A DNA stretch of 64,000 nt from Chrysomallon squamiferum (GCA_012295275.1 CM022666.1:7440001-7504000), one strand, 5' to 3'. Positions 1 to 27,747 are shown, counted from the first letter of the stretch. Numbers and translations: made by a program. The notes: a model not told the origin generated them from the sequence alone.

Positions 1-35
1 AGACAGACAGACAGATAGATAGACAGACAGAGAGG

Positions 36-71
<36 letters not shown>

Positions 72-79
72 TAAATAGA

Positions 80-131
<52 letters not shown>

Positions 132-143
132 GAGGTAGATAGA

Positions 144-179
<36 letters not shown>

Positions 180-315
180 TAGACAGACAGAGAGGTAGAT
201 ATATAGATAGACAGACAGACAGATAGATAGACAGACAGACAGATAGATAGATAGACAAATCAATAAGCAGACAGGCTAACAGACAGACAGACATACAGAA
301 AGACAGACAGACAGA
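1..315. repeat. (GACA/GATA)n microsatellite
   Basis: Direct reading; one of many microsatellites (GA, TA, CA, AAT, AGT, AAAT, AAAAT) across the window. Confidence 0.95.
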
Positions 316-320
316 CTCAC

Positions 321-12991
<12,671 letters not shown>

Positions 12992-13114
12992 GTTTTATAG
13001 ATTTGTGTTCACTCGGCTGTAAATAAAATTAAGATTGAAGGAAAAAAGAATTCATATCATTCAGGAAAATGATGAGTCTTATTTACAGGTTTCTTGATTT
13101 CTTTGTTGTTTTTG

Positions 13115-13145
<31 letters not shown>

Positions 13146-13775
13146 TGTTACTGAATAAGTACAGACAAAAAACAAAAACTAAATTTACAATGAATCAGTA
13201 TTATTTTTAATTGAACATTAAATCTTTTTATAAAGAAGATTTATATTATATATAAAAACATTTAGAAATAAACATTATTATTATTATTATTTTTATTTTT
13301 TTTTTTTGAACTAACATTATTATGTGTACAATATATCAATATCCATGCAATTTGAAAATGACTTTATTCTAGTAATTGCACAATTGCGACCAATTTTTAT
13401 AATGTCAGTACTGTGAAAAGTCTTATATACATTTAGTTTTATACCTTTCAACATTAGTGACGTTTACAGACAAAACTGTGTGTCTCATGTAACTATATTA
13501 CTAAAATTTCATCTTCTTTGCTACATTTAAAAAAATAATAATAAATAACAAAAATTATTATCGGATAAAGATTTGATAAATAATTTGAAACACAGACATT
13601 CATAAATATGTATGTTTCGAAGTTTTACTGTGCGGTTATTATTTATTAAATTTCAAAGTATTTGATATACTTGAGGCAAGCAGGTGTAGCCTCGTAAATA
13701 TTAAACACGTATTTATTATTTATGAACGATACAAGCAAGATAGCTGTGTCAAGTTTACTGATAGTTTTATCTTAC

Positions 13776-13930
13776 ATAATGTCATTAACTAAGTCATTGT
13801 TCACTGGTTCCGATCAGACTGGTTTCTACCACGTTCTAACTTTAGCACTGTTGAAGAAAGACTTCCATCCAACCATTAAGCGGCGCCATTTGTAAACAAG
13901 TGTTGTTGGGTCTCACACCCGCGTTTTTAA
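13776..13930 (-). promoter_or_regulatory. Putative non-coding first exon and promoter of the multi-exon gene
   Basis: GTAAG donor (plus CTTAC 13771-13775); acceptor at 13017-13018 just upstream of the ATG; YY1-like CGCCATTT at 13884-13891; CpG frequency rises here relative to the gene body. Confidence 0.55.
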
Positions 13931-14889
13931 TTTTCGATTTTCTTCTTCATTTTTTCTTTTTTTTTTCCCAACGAAATTAAATCTCAAAGCCGTGGGCCTA
14001 ATTAATAATGAATGAAATTAAGTAAAATAGATATAACACGATATTTACCGGGATGAAGTCACACCACCGCTAATAATTAATTAAGAAAAATGGCAAACGT
14101 CTTAGAAAATAAAATACACCACAAATTTAATTAAAATTCAGATAATTCATTGCATGTGCAAACGTTCTTATAATGTATCTTTGGAGATAGGCTAAAATTA
14201 TAAATAAATTGATTATATTTAATGCATTATTGTATTTGTATAGGGAATCCGGGTTAAGAAAATAATAATATATGAAAGTAAAATACTACTCTTACAAATA
14301 TCTGTATTACTACAATTACTGGTCGAGCAGTTATCTCGCTGATTATGGACAGATTATATGGAGAGGTTTATTGTTGTGTTGCTTGAAAATAATACCTGTT
14401 CAAAGTTTATCATCATCATCATCATCATCATTATTATTATTATTATTATTTTATCATCTTACATTCATTTTTTTTTCTTCTTCTTTTTCTTTTTCTATTC
14501 CACGAATCATTCTAATTTGCACAGTTCGGCGTAGATAATTTGCCTCTGAATTATTACCACGATATTAAGTAGAAAAGAGGCTAAATAACTGAATCAATCG
14601 ACTTTATTCATATAAAGACTATCAGCGGCAGTACATGCGCACAACAAGAACCTATCAGATCTGACAAATACACTGCTACTAGTGACAGTTAATCATTAAG
14701 AGCTTTCAGAGATCAGTCTATTTGAAAACTTGCAATTCTGCCATTCTCCTGTCAAAAATACCAACTGTAATAATTAAAAAGGAACACAATTCTACGTTTA
14801 ATAACAGTCGTTACACATTTTTACCATGATATACATGGTGTCGATTCAAATACTTCATATAACAGTGTTCGTATGAGATAGTGTATTAC

Positions 14890-14936
<47 letters not shown>

Positions 14937-15385
14937 TTAATTTTATTTTTTAATTTTCTATTTCACCTTCTTTCTTCTTATTTTGTATTTTATATAATTT
15001 AAAATTTCTTTTAAGCATTTAATTAATTTATTCTTACCTTTTTATTTCTTTATTTATTTTTAATTTAAAAATAGATACACAGACAGACTGACAGAGAGAC
15101 AGACGTCACGACTGTACGTGTGAAGTACTTAATGGCGGTGATCAAAACAATTGTAACAGCTCTATTTTAAACAATAAAACAATAACGCTGAATAATAATG
15201 AATTTTGTTTGACAGTTTATTAGTATCGTCAGGATCAATTAAACAATTTGCGTTTTGATTCTATTCCGTTTATACCTGTAGATCATTAAGTTTTATGTGA
15301 TAGTATTAAACATATTTGAAAAACATTTGATATACAACGAAGTATAAACACAATAAACAGATGTTAATAAGGAATGATATTCTGA

Positions 15386-15390
<5 letters not shown>

Positions 15391-15480
<90 letters not shown>

Positions 15481-15659
15481 ATAATAATTTTAATTTTAAT
15501 TCTGTATTTAGCTGCAGTGTAGAAGAGTGTGATTTGATGTACAACTGTTTTAAGAATGCTACAATACTGAGATTATTTCAAATGTTATTTTTTTAAATTT
15601 ATATTGGCGCAATGCCTTACAGCGGCCTAGGGCAGAAAATGGTTACTAACTTCCAATAT
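15391..15659 (-). repeat. Copy 2 of the same segment, ~70 bp downstream of the desaturase A stop codon
   Basis: Reverse complement of 8837-9087 including the GA/TC microsatellite. Confidence 0.92.
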
Positions 15660-15731
15660 ACACAACACACGATATAGAAAAATAATACAGTTATTTCATT
15701 TCTAGGTTAAATAAGTTTATTTAGTCATAAA

Positions 15732-16794
15732 TTAAACCGACTTTTTGTATATATGTATAGTGACGTCACTTCCTATTATATGCTGTTTAGCAAACAGCTT
15801 AAACATCCGTATAAAAGACTGCATGATCGGTTCATCACACGCATACACCAGTTCCGGATAGTTCTTCCGGAAGTGACGCGTCGCTTCCTCCATGTGGTAG
15901 TGGGGAATCTTGGGGAATAAATGGTGGATCTGGTGCGTTCCGATATTGTGCGTGATTTCGTGGCACCAGCCGTAATGCCGATCGACGGAGCTGATTCGTC
16001 CTTTGACGTTTTCCCACTCGGAGTCCGGCGAACCACGGAACATCCTCTTCCGCGTGATGCAGGAACGTCACGATCACTAGGTAGGTGGCGCCGATAAACC
16101 AGGGCACGGCGTAGTGATAAACCAGATTCGTCACTCCGTATTCAACCGCGAGGTAAAAGAGCACCACAGCCCAGACGGCCACGCAGGCGATGGAAAAGGC
16201 ACAGTGGAAAACGTGACGTTTGAAAAGTTCATCCCAAGGGTTGAAATGGCAAACGGGGCGAGGATTGAACCCGTAGATGAGATAAATGAGCCAGCCGGTT
16301 CCGAAGTAGAAATAGGGCAAAATCTGCTTTCCTGTCGCTTCGTGCTCCCTGACCGGGTAGAACACTTCGTCGCGGTCGATGTTGCCAGTGTTCTTGTGGT
16401 GGTTCCGATGCGACAGCTTCCAGCAGTAATACGGCGTCATCACGAACGTGTGCAGAATCGTTCCCACGACGTTGTTGAGGACGATGCTGTTGGAAAAGGA
16501 GTCGTGCCCGCAGTCGTGTCCACTGACGAATATCGCCCAGAAGAAGGTTCCTTGCAGAAGCCAGTACAGCGGCGTCAACGTGGCTGCGGCGTACGCCGGT
16601 AAGACGTCCCACATGTGCACTGCTGCAGCGAAGAGCAAGGCGACTACCACGACGTCTCTGATGGCGTAGTACAGAGAAAGAAACAGCGAGGATCTGAAGC
16701 AGTGTGGAGGAATCGTTTTCTTGATTTCAACGATGGACGGGAAGCGAGAGTCGTTACGCTTTTTGACGTCATTGCAGTTCAGATCTGTTCCCAT
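15732..16794 (-). pseudogene. Methyl-end (omega-x) fatty acid desaturase copy A, 1-bp frameshift (pseudogene or assembly error)
   Basis: ORF 16794-15835 has His boxes HDCGH and HRNHH; ORF 16043-15732 carries the third box HQIHH. Removing one G at 16025/16026 (TTC GCC G GAC TCC GAG TGG) gives a continuous 353-aa protein, [20 protein letters not shown], collinear with copy B. No coding introns. Confidence 0.9.
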
Positions 16795-16876
16795 AGTAAC
16801 GCCGTCTGATTGTTTCAGGTCCTTACAAATTCCCTGGCAGTTCGGCTGATCGCTCTGTATCTAAATAATAATAATA

Positions 16877-16912
<36 letters not shown>

Positions 16913-17245
16913 TAATAACTAATAGTCTGGAGAATGCCTCTACAGTTTCACAAGTTACATTATTAACAACAACAACAACAACAACAACAATAACAGCAAT
17001 AACAGTGATGATGATGATGATGATGTTGATAATAACGATAACGATAACGATAATAAAAATAACGGCAAGAGAGGGAAAGAACGGGTAAAAAAAATTAAAA
17101 AAAAAAAAAAATAAACAATACATGTAAATACTGGAGTTCAAAAGTTATATGTAACATTTCATTACATTCGTAAACAGACAGGTACACATAATTAAGATAA
17201 AAATAAAAATTAATAATGCAAACTAACTAAATACAACGTGTTTAC

Positions 17246-17700
17246 CTGTACGTCTTTTCCACCGCGTATGTTATGTTCTTCTCTAGCAGTCATTATTGCA
17301 TCATACGTGTGTACACTTGATATAATTAGATAATTACCCTTTGGGGGAGATTATAAGAACAAGACACACAAAATTTCCATTCTAGTAATCTGACCTTCTG
17401 CATAAGACGACATTGCAACGTGATGGTTCTAATAAGGAAACTCGACACCACGTTGACAAAGAACTGAAATACTAGCAGTAGCAAACCGTGAGTTTTGAAT
17501 ACCGCGTGCGCAAATCACGCGATAAGCCGACATGAGCCGCAACCTCATGTTTCACCACGCCACTGTGTCACACAATATGTCAGTATGTGTGTCAGCGTGT
17601 CCATAACAAAGATCGACATCACGTTATGTTGCATCGACCTTTCTCAAGTATTTCTGTCAGGCCATTGCGCCTTCTAATCCGTGTCTCCCGCTGGCTCATC
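17246..17700 (-). promoter_or_regulatory. Candidate 5'-UTR exon and promoter of desaturase copy A
   Basis: CAG|GTAAAC donor at 17246/17245 and acceptor at 16861-16862; CpG-rich upstream block with SRE-like ATCACGCGAT (17514), ACCACGCCAC (17554) and ATCACGTTAT (17618). Confidence 0.45.
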
Positions 17701-17890
17701 AAAACGGGTGGTTATACTAACGAAATTTGTTTTGTTTATTGATAAAAAAAAATTTTTATTATTTATTAACAAAAAAGCGTTGTATGACAAAAAGCAGAAG
17801 GAGAAGAAGACGAAAAGAAAACCAACAACAGGAACAGTTAAATAATAATAATAATAATAATAAAATCATAATAATAATAATAATAAAATC

Positions 17891-17947
<57 letters not shown>

Positions 17948-17957
17948 GTAATAAAGA

Positions 17958-18019
<62 letters not shown>

Positions 18020-18995
18020 TAATTGTAATATAGTAGTAATTTTAAAAAATAGCCTAGCCATTATCCACAAGGGTTTTTATCATCATCAGCACCATCATCA
18101 TCATCGTCATTACTAATAATACGCAGTATATGTGCGTGATATCCGTTTTGAACAGATGCGCCATATTAAATACTAATCATAATACAACTGTTGTAATGAG
18201 GTGGATTTCTGTATAGCTGAGTATTAATGCCAACTGATGTGGCATGAATCTTCTTAAGTTTGATCTGAGATTCTAGCGGCAATAGATAAGAATAAAAGCG
18301 GATAGTAATCGAAATCATATTCGATTAGCAGTTAGAGTACGTAAGAAAGAAGTCGGTGTTCGTAGGCTCATCGATTTTCCCGCCATTTTGCCAATTGCGC
18401 CATTGGGCGCTCTAATATGACGTCATCAGCGTCTTTTTGATCTTCATTCACTCAGTGTAAATGCAGGGTTTTTTTCGGCTACTTGAAACATTTCAAAGAT
18501 CTTCAAGATACTTTGTTAAAACTGAAAACATTTTACTAGGTGTAACATTATGTAATACATATTAAGTATTAAACGTAAAAGATTAAAACATTAAAATAAT
18601 AATAATAAAACATAAAGCTAATTATTCTTTAAAATGATCAGTCCGAGATATATGTGTAAAATAGAAGGAATGTAAGTAAAAAAAAGAAATAAACAAAGTA
18701 AAAAAAAAAAAAAAAGAAAAAAAAAAAAAAAATTGACCCTACCATCATTTCTGGGTAAACAGCCCTTTTTTTTTCATATCTATTAATTTTGTTTGTTTCT
18801 CTCTCACTTTATTTTTCTGGTTTTAACCTTACCTTCCAGTTTCTTTCAGCCTCTTTTATAGCTGAACTGTTTCATACATTTATTTCAAGTTATCAGCCAG
18901 TCAAATTAAGTGCTTGAGGAAAGTCAAAATGTCGTTTAAATAAGAATTAGATAATGACGTCAAAGAAATATATTACGCATTTGTAAGTTCGCGGG

Positions 18996-19062
<67 letters not shown>

Positions 19063-19512
19063 ATTTAAGATAGACACATATATCATCGTCATCAAACAAA
19101 GACAGGAAATAATAAAATAATAAGATTCAAATTAATTTATTATTAAATAATAATAATAATAATAATAATAATAATTATTATTATTATTATTATTATTACT
19201 GTTATTGTTATTTATTTTTATATATTTTAGTATTTCTTAATTTGTTATGTATCGATAAAAAAAATATTTATCTATCTAGCTCTCTCTCTATATAAATGTG
19301 TGTGTATGTGCATGTGTCTGTGAATATAATGAATCACCTGATACCCATTTTTTTTCAAATAATCAAAGCTTGTTACTTGTTCAGAGGACATTTTTAAATC
19401 TGCAGATAAAGAAGAGGTAAAACGGTCATGTCACGCAGATACCTCGGTTCATTCAACTGGAACACCAAAGACAACATCATCACGTTTACACGTTTAACAG
19501 ATATGTTAATCT

Positions 19513-19556
<44 letters not shown>

Positions 19557-20235
19557 TAAATAAATAAAAATTGTAATTTTACCAAGACGAAAAAGAAAAC
19601 AAAATAAAATAAAATTAAAAAAACTTTTGTTTCATATAGGCTGACGATGTTTGGTTTCGGCAGGCGTAACTTTACAGAAAAATACCGCTAGTTTCATAAT
19701 CGATATACAAAATTTGCATACTAATATTATTAATTAATAAAACAGAAATAAACAAAAATGTAAATAATAATAAAACAAAAACATTCATAACCATACAAAT
19801 CAACACATAATATAAATCAGCAAGAATAATATATTTAACCGATCTAGCTATATTTGGCGGTTGGTATTGACGAGTTCATTCGAGTCGTGACCTCTTTCGC
19901 ATCACGTGACAACAAACTAACGCGACAGCTATTTATAGCATGTTGAATCTATCGTCGTATGCACTATTCATAACTTATCACGTTTTTCACATTTTTATTG
20001 TTTCAAATATATCCTGTTAGTAAACATTTAGCAGTGATAGAAGTTTAATAGAGATAAAAATGCAAGGTATCCGTGATATTTCGTTTATGAATTCCTTTAA
20101 ACAAAGCAACGATGATTAGCTTTGTAAGGAGCGAATGTACTGTTGTGCTGCATTTTTGTATAGCGAATTATGATTGTGATGAGGATGATCATTATGATGA
20201 CAACGACGACGATGATGATGATGATGATGATAATA

Positions 20236-20280
<45 letters not shown>

Positions 20281-21534
20281 TCATTTTTATTTAGTACAAT
20301 AAAAATACAATGATAATTACTGTTCAATTGTGGTGGTTGATTTGGGAGGTATTTTCCCCAAAACGACAACGACAGCAGCAACAACAACAATAACAACAAC
20401 AACAACAACAACAACAACAATAATAAATACGCAAATAATAACGTGAAATTAAAACATACAGGAAGAAAGAAAAAAATTCAAAAACCGTTTAATTCACTTC
20501 GAGGTGGGGGGTGGGGGGGGGTGAACAGAATGATATTGGGATCACCAGTTCATTTATCAGTCAGACAACTGATGATACCAGTTTCGCTCTCGATAACAAA
20601 ACGAAATGTTGATAAAGTGAAAATTAGTGGACTAATACGTGACTGTTGGAAAATATTCATGTTGTTGTTGTTGTTGTTGTTGTTGTTTTAAGCAGCGGTC
20701 AAGGAGTATTAAAAAAAAAACGGTGTGGTTGGTATCACTATGGAGAACATATTGTTCAGATATATTGAGTTTCATGGTAAAAGAAGAAAAAAAAAATAGT
20801 TTACAAGAAAATTTAAAAAACAACAAAAACAAACAATGTAGTTGTAACCGGTGGCAAACATGAAACAGCTTTTGTCGCCGCCTACATTTTGTTTAACATG
20901 AAAACATGAATATGTTATTCTATTCTACTCATAAAGTCTTATGCAAAAAACGAAGTGCGTAAGATGCAGTGACAGTTGTATATTTCTCTGGAAACGCGAT
21001 ATTTTCTTGCACTTCACATTTCGAGATTAAATTCTGTATTTTTGGTCGTAGCCATCTTGGGCGACAAGAATTCTCAGATACATTTTGATTGGTTCATAAC
21101 GTTCTACTAAACTGTTTTTTTTACACGTGATTATCAAGATGGCTGCCAGGGTACACGGGAAGCGATAGGTGCAATCATGCTCTCACAACTGTTAAGCTAG
21201 CTACAGAAACAGTCATTGCCTAAGCATGGTAACATCAGAATAGTAGAATCGTCCTATTTTTATTTAGGAATAAACAAAAAATTAGATACTGAAATTTGAT
21301 TATAATTGTTCGTTTATCATATTATAATTATTTTCAATTGTATTTACATATATACACTATCACCATCAGTGGTGTACAATGAAATTTCTCAAATATGTAA
21401 GGACAAGGATCTCGCAGGGTTAATCCACATATTTCCCGTTCTGGTTACTGACCACATCTCATTTGAGATATCTTCAAAATGCTTATAATCGAATCGAGGC
21501 TTAAACTCTCTCTCTCTTACTTTCTCTCCTTTTC

Positions 21535-21638
<104 letters not shown>

Positions 21639-21751
21639 ATTCATCTCAGACTAACTCTGCAAGTTTCTCCAATCAATGCACAAATCATTCTTCTTTAAAT
21701 CATTTATTTATTTATATATTATTATTATTATTACTGTTTTTATTTAAATTT

Positions 21752-21791
<40 letters not shown>

Positions 21792-23008
21792 CCCATTTAG
21801 AATATTTAAAAGTTTGATTAAGCAAAAAAAAATCGACATATGGGATATAAAAATAGAACTACAAACGCTACATCTGTAATTAGCTTGAAAGCATTATTGT
21901 CTTTATTAATGCAATCAATACGTTGAATTATATCCGTCATTTGCGTTATGAATATTTATCTCGACATACCGGCAATGCATCTGGTAAGATGTCAGCAATA
22001 TTGCTGTGACTTCTGACACCAGCAACGATAACCACCACCGCGCATGCGCTCATCAGACTGGTTAACTAGTAATCTTCTTGGTAACCAGCTCTGTCGGAAA
22101 TATTCTATTGCGTGCAGAAATAAGATTTTTTTTCTTGTTCATTTGGGACAAAATCCCGTTACCATGGAAACGGGAAGACGATGACGAAAAAGATGAGAGA
22201 GAGAGAGAGAGAGAACTGGAGAGAGAGAGGGGGGGAAATCGATAGACTGTGCACGGAAATGTAGAGACAAATCTAGCCTTTATAAAGTCCGTAATCGTAA
22301 GAACGTCTGCGTTCAATCGAATGTGAACGTCTTGTTCAAAGCAGACGATCAATTTGAGGACAGCTGCTGCTTCACCCGCTGCGCGTGCGATGACGCAACA
22401 TTTCTGTTGCTCACGTAATTCTCTGCATTCTTCCTCGTTCATTCACAAGTTTACATTATTTGTGGGGGTTTTTGTGTGTTTTTTTTTTATTTTTATATCG
22501 TTTGGTTTCAATATTTACAGCTGCTATTCTTTATCTCACCCGTAACATATACCGTTAATCTCTCTCTCTCTCTCATAATTACATAAATACATATACATAT
22601 ACACATATATATAATTATACACACACATACACACACACACATATATAATAATATTTAATATCAACTATAAAAATAAATAATGACATTCTCCAATAACTAT
22701 TTTTATTGACTTCAAAATCGACCAACAACTAGAAAATACAAGCAATAAAATAATGCTCAACAGAAAAGTGCAAGAAACCAAAAAATATTTGTATTTGAGA
22801 TCAGTTAGATAAAAGTAACTATTAACGTAATTCTTTGGTTATGTTAATTAATAAAATAACATTTACGTATGGAAAATAATATATCCTAAAAATCGTTAAA
22901 AATGTCAAGGTGATTGTGTTTAAATTTTATTTGTCATAAAAAGTTGACTAGATGCCAAAGTCAAGAATAATAATAGTTTTGCCTATATTTTTATAAATAA
23001 ATTAAACT

Positions 23009-23041
<33 letters not shown>

Positions 23042-23092
23042 ATATTAAATAACATAAATAAATGAATAATAAATAAATAAATAAATAAATTA

Positions 23093-23131
<39 letters not shown>

Positions 23132-24503
23132 TAAATACCTAAGATAAACTTTGATTAATATTTTCATATTATCAAAACATTCAAGGCTACATCACACACA
23201 CACACACACATATCATTTAAACTATATTAAATAAAAAATTTAATTTTAAAAATTAATATGACCAAGAATTATGTTAACAGTACTTAATTTTTAATCCAGT
23301 GTTATATTTCGTTGATGTACATATATCAAAGTGTGTAAATTGAGATATATATTCTATTTGGTGCATAGTAAGAAAAAAAATGCATAACCATAACAACTGT
23401 CATTGAAAAACGTCATTCCAATTACCCAGACCGGACTGTTCCATTAATGAATACATATCAGGTCAGGGGGTAACAGGTTACTCTGTTACTACTTTAGATC
23501 AGATTAAAAGAAAACAATTTCTATGATTATATATATATATATAAAACACCAATTAGTTTTATTCATTATAATATTATTTACTTCCCATACCCCCATTATA
23601 TAATCATTTATGGATTATTTTTAATTTTTGTTTATTTCTGCACTTTATTTATTTGGCAAGATGTAAAGTCTGACTAGAAATAAATAACGCTAATACTTTT
23701 TTTAAATAATTAACTGGTCGTTGATTTTGGGATGTATATGATGTAATACTAACACAGATGTTTAACTATTTTTTTAAACACACACGTATTATAAAACAAT
23801 AAAATTCAGAAATAATAAATTTCAAAAATGCCCTTGTTGTACATTGAGCAGTGTAACAATGATTCAAAGGAAAACAACCATTCAAAACAGAAGTGAACAT
23901 TTTCAAAGATAAAAATAATTAAGTGGATGTATGAAATTTCTGTTAAAATTTACATATTAATTTTGCATCCAATTAAACTATAATATTATATCAATATTTA
24001 CGCGAGTCATTCTCGTTTCTGAACATTTGTATGTATATAGCTAATAAAAATAATTTATAATATAATATAATATAATATAATATAATAAATTAAAAATAAA
24101 TTTTAAAAATAATTTTAAAAGTTCATTTAAGTATACTACCTATATTTATTTATTAATTTTTTATTATTACAAATTTGTTTATATTATTATTATTATTATT
24201 ATTATTATCATTATCATAATCATCACCGTCATCATTATCATTTTAATAATCTCAAAGAAACACCATCATTGCATAAATATAATTATGACAAATTTAACAA
24301 ACCTAAAACGGGCGCACACAAAACTAATTTCATTATTTACATTTCGCTGCTCTTTTCAATAGCGTAAAATTTTTATAAACTATATAAGAAAATCGAAACA
24401 GGTAATTAACTGAAAAGATATCAAAAGGTAAGAATAACAAATGTAATATTTAAAAAAAAAAAAAAAAAAAAAATTATAAAATACATTTATATCGAAATTT
24501 AAA

Positions 24504-24541
<38 letters not shown>

Positions 24542-24810
24542 AGAATTAGTTCTACTACTCCTTGACACATGTTGTAACCAGTACAGAATACATTTTAGTA
24601 ATTATCAAATGCACGTCAGCAGTGCCTGTTCCAACTCAACACTCAGACATTCTTATTTTTAGTTATTTCGTGCATATGCATTTCCCCACTTTCAGTTCTG
24701 GACATACTACGTGACCGTTCATAAAATTTTATTTATTTTGTAAGTAGCTCTCTTAAAAACATTATCTGACAATATCTATTACAATATAGCCATTTGGTTC
24801 AGAAAATAGC

Positions 24811-24865
<55 letters not shown>

Positions 24866-25533
24866 TAATTAATAAATTAATTAATTAATTCAATTTCCAG
24901 TACTCTATAATTCACCGGAAGTTTTATTAAGTTTTCACCATCTCATCCGAAAATAGTCGAAGTGTGCCGAACACAGTCGAAGTGTTCCGAATACAGACTA
25001 AAGAAATTATACTGCATTTGTCCCGAACATACCTATAGTTTTAAAAAGAACACTATTTTTCGTAAAATATTTTGTTCTTTTCTTTAAGAATTATATATAG
25101 TAATATGCGTCTGATTAAAACAGGTTTCATAAATTCTGTCTTAATATTTAAAATTACAATATTTTAATTAATGTTAAGACATGTTTTCAATGAAGAAAAA
25201 AGAAAAATTGAAAACGTTATTGGAGAAATATAGAATAACCTTTTTAAAAATATATCCTAAAGAATTTACAAACTAAATTAAGTAAATTTGGATTAAAAAA
25301 GACACCGAGATACTTCTGAAAAAATAGTAATAGATCATTGGTAAGTTAAACACTAACATTTTTACAACATCTGAACAAAAATATCAACATTGGTAATCAT
25401 TATAATTTTTAAAAAAAAAAAAAAAAACATTAAAATTAATAATTATTACTATTTACATTTCAGTGCAAATTATTTTCATTGCATAAAAGGAATAAAGGTG
25501 CTATTAAACTGTTTTAAATTAATCCAAAAAATC

Positions 25534-25566
<33 letters not shown>

Positions 25567-25859
25567 GAAAACAAAATTCAATTAAGTAAACATACACCAT
25601 TTAGTAAAATCACCATGAATAAATTTAAATTTAAAACATACCAAAAATCATAAATACAAACGTGATAGCCAATACCAAATATGGCTTTTTTAAACCCACA
25701 AAATTCAGAACGTCACAAAAAATACAAACAAACATTACAACAATTTCAGCAACATGATTATTGATTGACAACAGTTTGTAATAATTAAGTAACTCTCACT
25801 TTAACTCGTAAAAAACCCACACCAGCATTGGATCGTAATGCCCTAATTTTGCTCTTTCC

Positions 25860-26480
25860 AAAGGATTGTAATTCCCCATTGCGCCAAATACACAAGGATT
25901 GTGATTCTTCATTTGTGGAACTAAAATAAAAAGGATTGTTAAACCAAAATTTACATTTTCAAAGGATTGCTATTATGTGAGGCATCATCATTTCTGTGAT
26001 CTGTGATTCCTTACTATTTACAACAGATTCCTTAGAACTGTAACCAAACTCAAGAACTGTAATTCCTTATTTTATAAAGGATTATAATTCCACATTACAC
26101 TCAGGTTTATCATTTTCCATCACTCATTACTGTTGTTCACCTAGGATTGCAATTACTCATTACAATAAGGATTCTGATTCCTCATTTGACTAGACAGTCA
26201 AGGTTTATGATTTCTCATTTCACATGCTATAAAATAAAAAAGCTTCAACTCCCTTTTGATGCATAAAGTAAAGAAACATAATGATTTAATGAACATAATT
26301 AATTTCTGGACTAAATTCTAACATCATAACCATATAATTATTGCACCAGTAGACAATACCACATCATCCACAATTATAATTCCTTAACAAGCCAGACTGT
26401 CTAGAATGACATTTTCTTCTATTACATTATCCAGGATGATCATTCCTCATATTACCAGGTTATCAAGGATTTTAATTCCT
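25860..26480. repeat. Degenerate minisatellite, core AGGATTGTAATTCC
   Basis: About ten variant copies at irregular 25-60 bp spacing. Confidence 0.65.
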
Positions 26481-27044
26481 AAAAAAAACACCTTAAATTA
26501 CCAAGCATGTAACTTCTTATTAAAATAGGTTATCAAAGAAAATGGTTTTCAAATTATACTTGAAAAAAAAAACATGACTTAATTCCTCAGGATCATCAAG
26601 GACTCAAGATTTTCAAAATGTATAATATTAAACAAACGATAATCCATAATTACAACAACAAAACAAAAATTAAAAATGTATAAATCTGATTATTGCACAA
26701 AAACGAAAATCAGCTCCCACTTTAGTGTAACAAATCTAGTCCTAAAAATTATCTGAGATTTTTAAAATTATTTATTTCCATCTACAGATTAATTATAATA
26801 CTGTGAATTCTCTAATCTCAAACGGGAACACTTTTTCATTTGAGCAAGTGTATAGTTATTTCAACATCTACATCACGTGCTGTTAAGGTTATAATGTTGA
26901 CAACGCTTTCTGTGTACAATCATAAGAGTTCGCTGTTTCAACTGACTGTTGCGCGAAAACCTGTACAATCTTGTCAGTTAATAATCGTAACAACGGTAAT
27001 TGGTTTTCAAATATCAGAATCAAGACAGTTTGATTTGTATAAAT

Positions 27045-27260
27045 CTTAAACAAAATATTTTCAATTTCAAAAATCCGAAATCAGATATTTAGACTTGAAA
27101 ATATCTAAAACAAGATATTTTCGATTTCCAAACATTCCAAACCAGATATTTTCGATTACCAAACATCTGAAACGAGATATTTTCGATTTCTAAATAAATG
27201 AAAACACTTTTGATATCCAAATATGTGAAAATAAACACTTTTCATTTCACTAACATTGGA
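27045..27260. repeat. ~31-bp tandem minisatellite
   Basis: Head-to-tail variants of AAACAAGATATTTTCGATTTCCAAACATCTG, about 7 units. Confidence 0.85.
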
Positions 27261-27451
27261 AAACAAATTACAAACATGTGAAGTATTAGACATGTATAAT
27301 TAACAAACAATTAACAAATTAAATATAATATAATATAAATATAAGAAAAGAAATTGATAAAGGAGTTAAAACATATTACCTTTGTCTTAGCCAAATTTTT
27401 CTTTATAAATGGCTCACCGCCACTGTTAATGAAACAAAAATCCATTCATAT

Positions 27452-27625
27452 ATCGACAATCCTTTATCCGAAATTCAGGAAAAGCTCTTAAAAAATTACT
27501 TTTATTTTTAACGCGTGACTGCATGTTTCGGAGTTTAGCTTACATATCGTTTTGTAAATTTTTGGTTTTTTTTTTTATTATTTTCATAAAATATGTTGCA
27601 AGCTGTCGGATAAAGAACTGTCGAT
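27452..27625. mobile_element. Short MITE-like element
   Basis: 20-bp inverted repeats ATCGACAATCCTTTATCCGA / TCGGATAAAGAACTGTCGAT with three mismatches, around an AT-rich spacer. Confidence 0.6.
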
Positions 27626-27747
27626 CGCTTTTATAAAATAACAATAAGATGAAACAATGGTAACATGCGTTGGTCATAACACCGTATCTTTTGAAAAATC
27701 AATAGGAATAATAACATCGATGTATTATGACTCATTATTACATCCAG

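Noticed and set aside
16015-16035. Programmed ribosomal frameshift in desaturase A
   Set aside because: No slippery heptamer or recognisable stimulator, and paralogues B and C are continuous at this point.
27045-27260. 31-bp periodic repeat as a CRISPR array
   Set aside because: Units are head-to-tail without unique spacers, there are no cas genes, and the context is eukaryotic.
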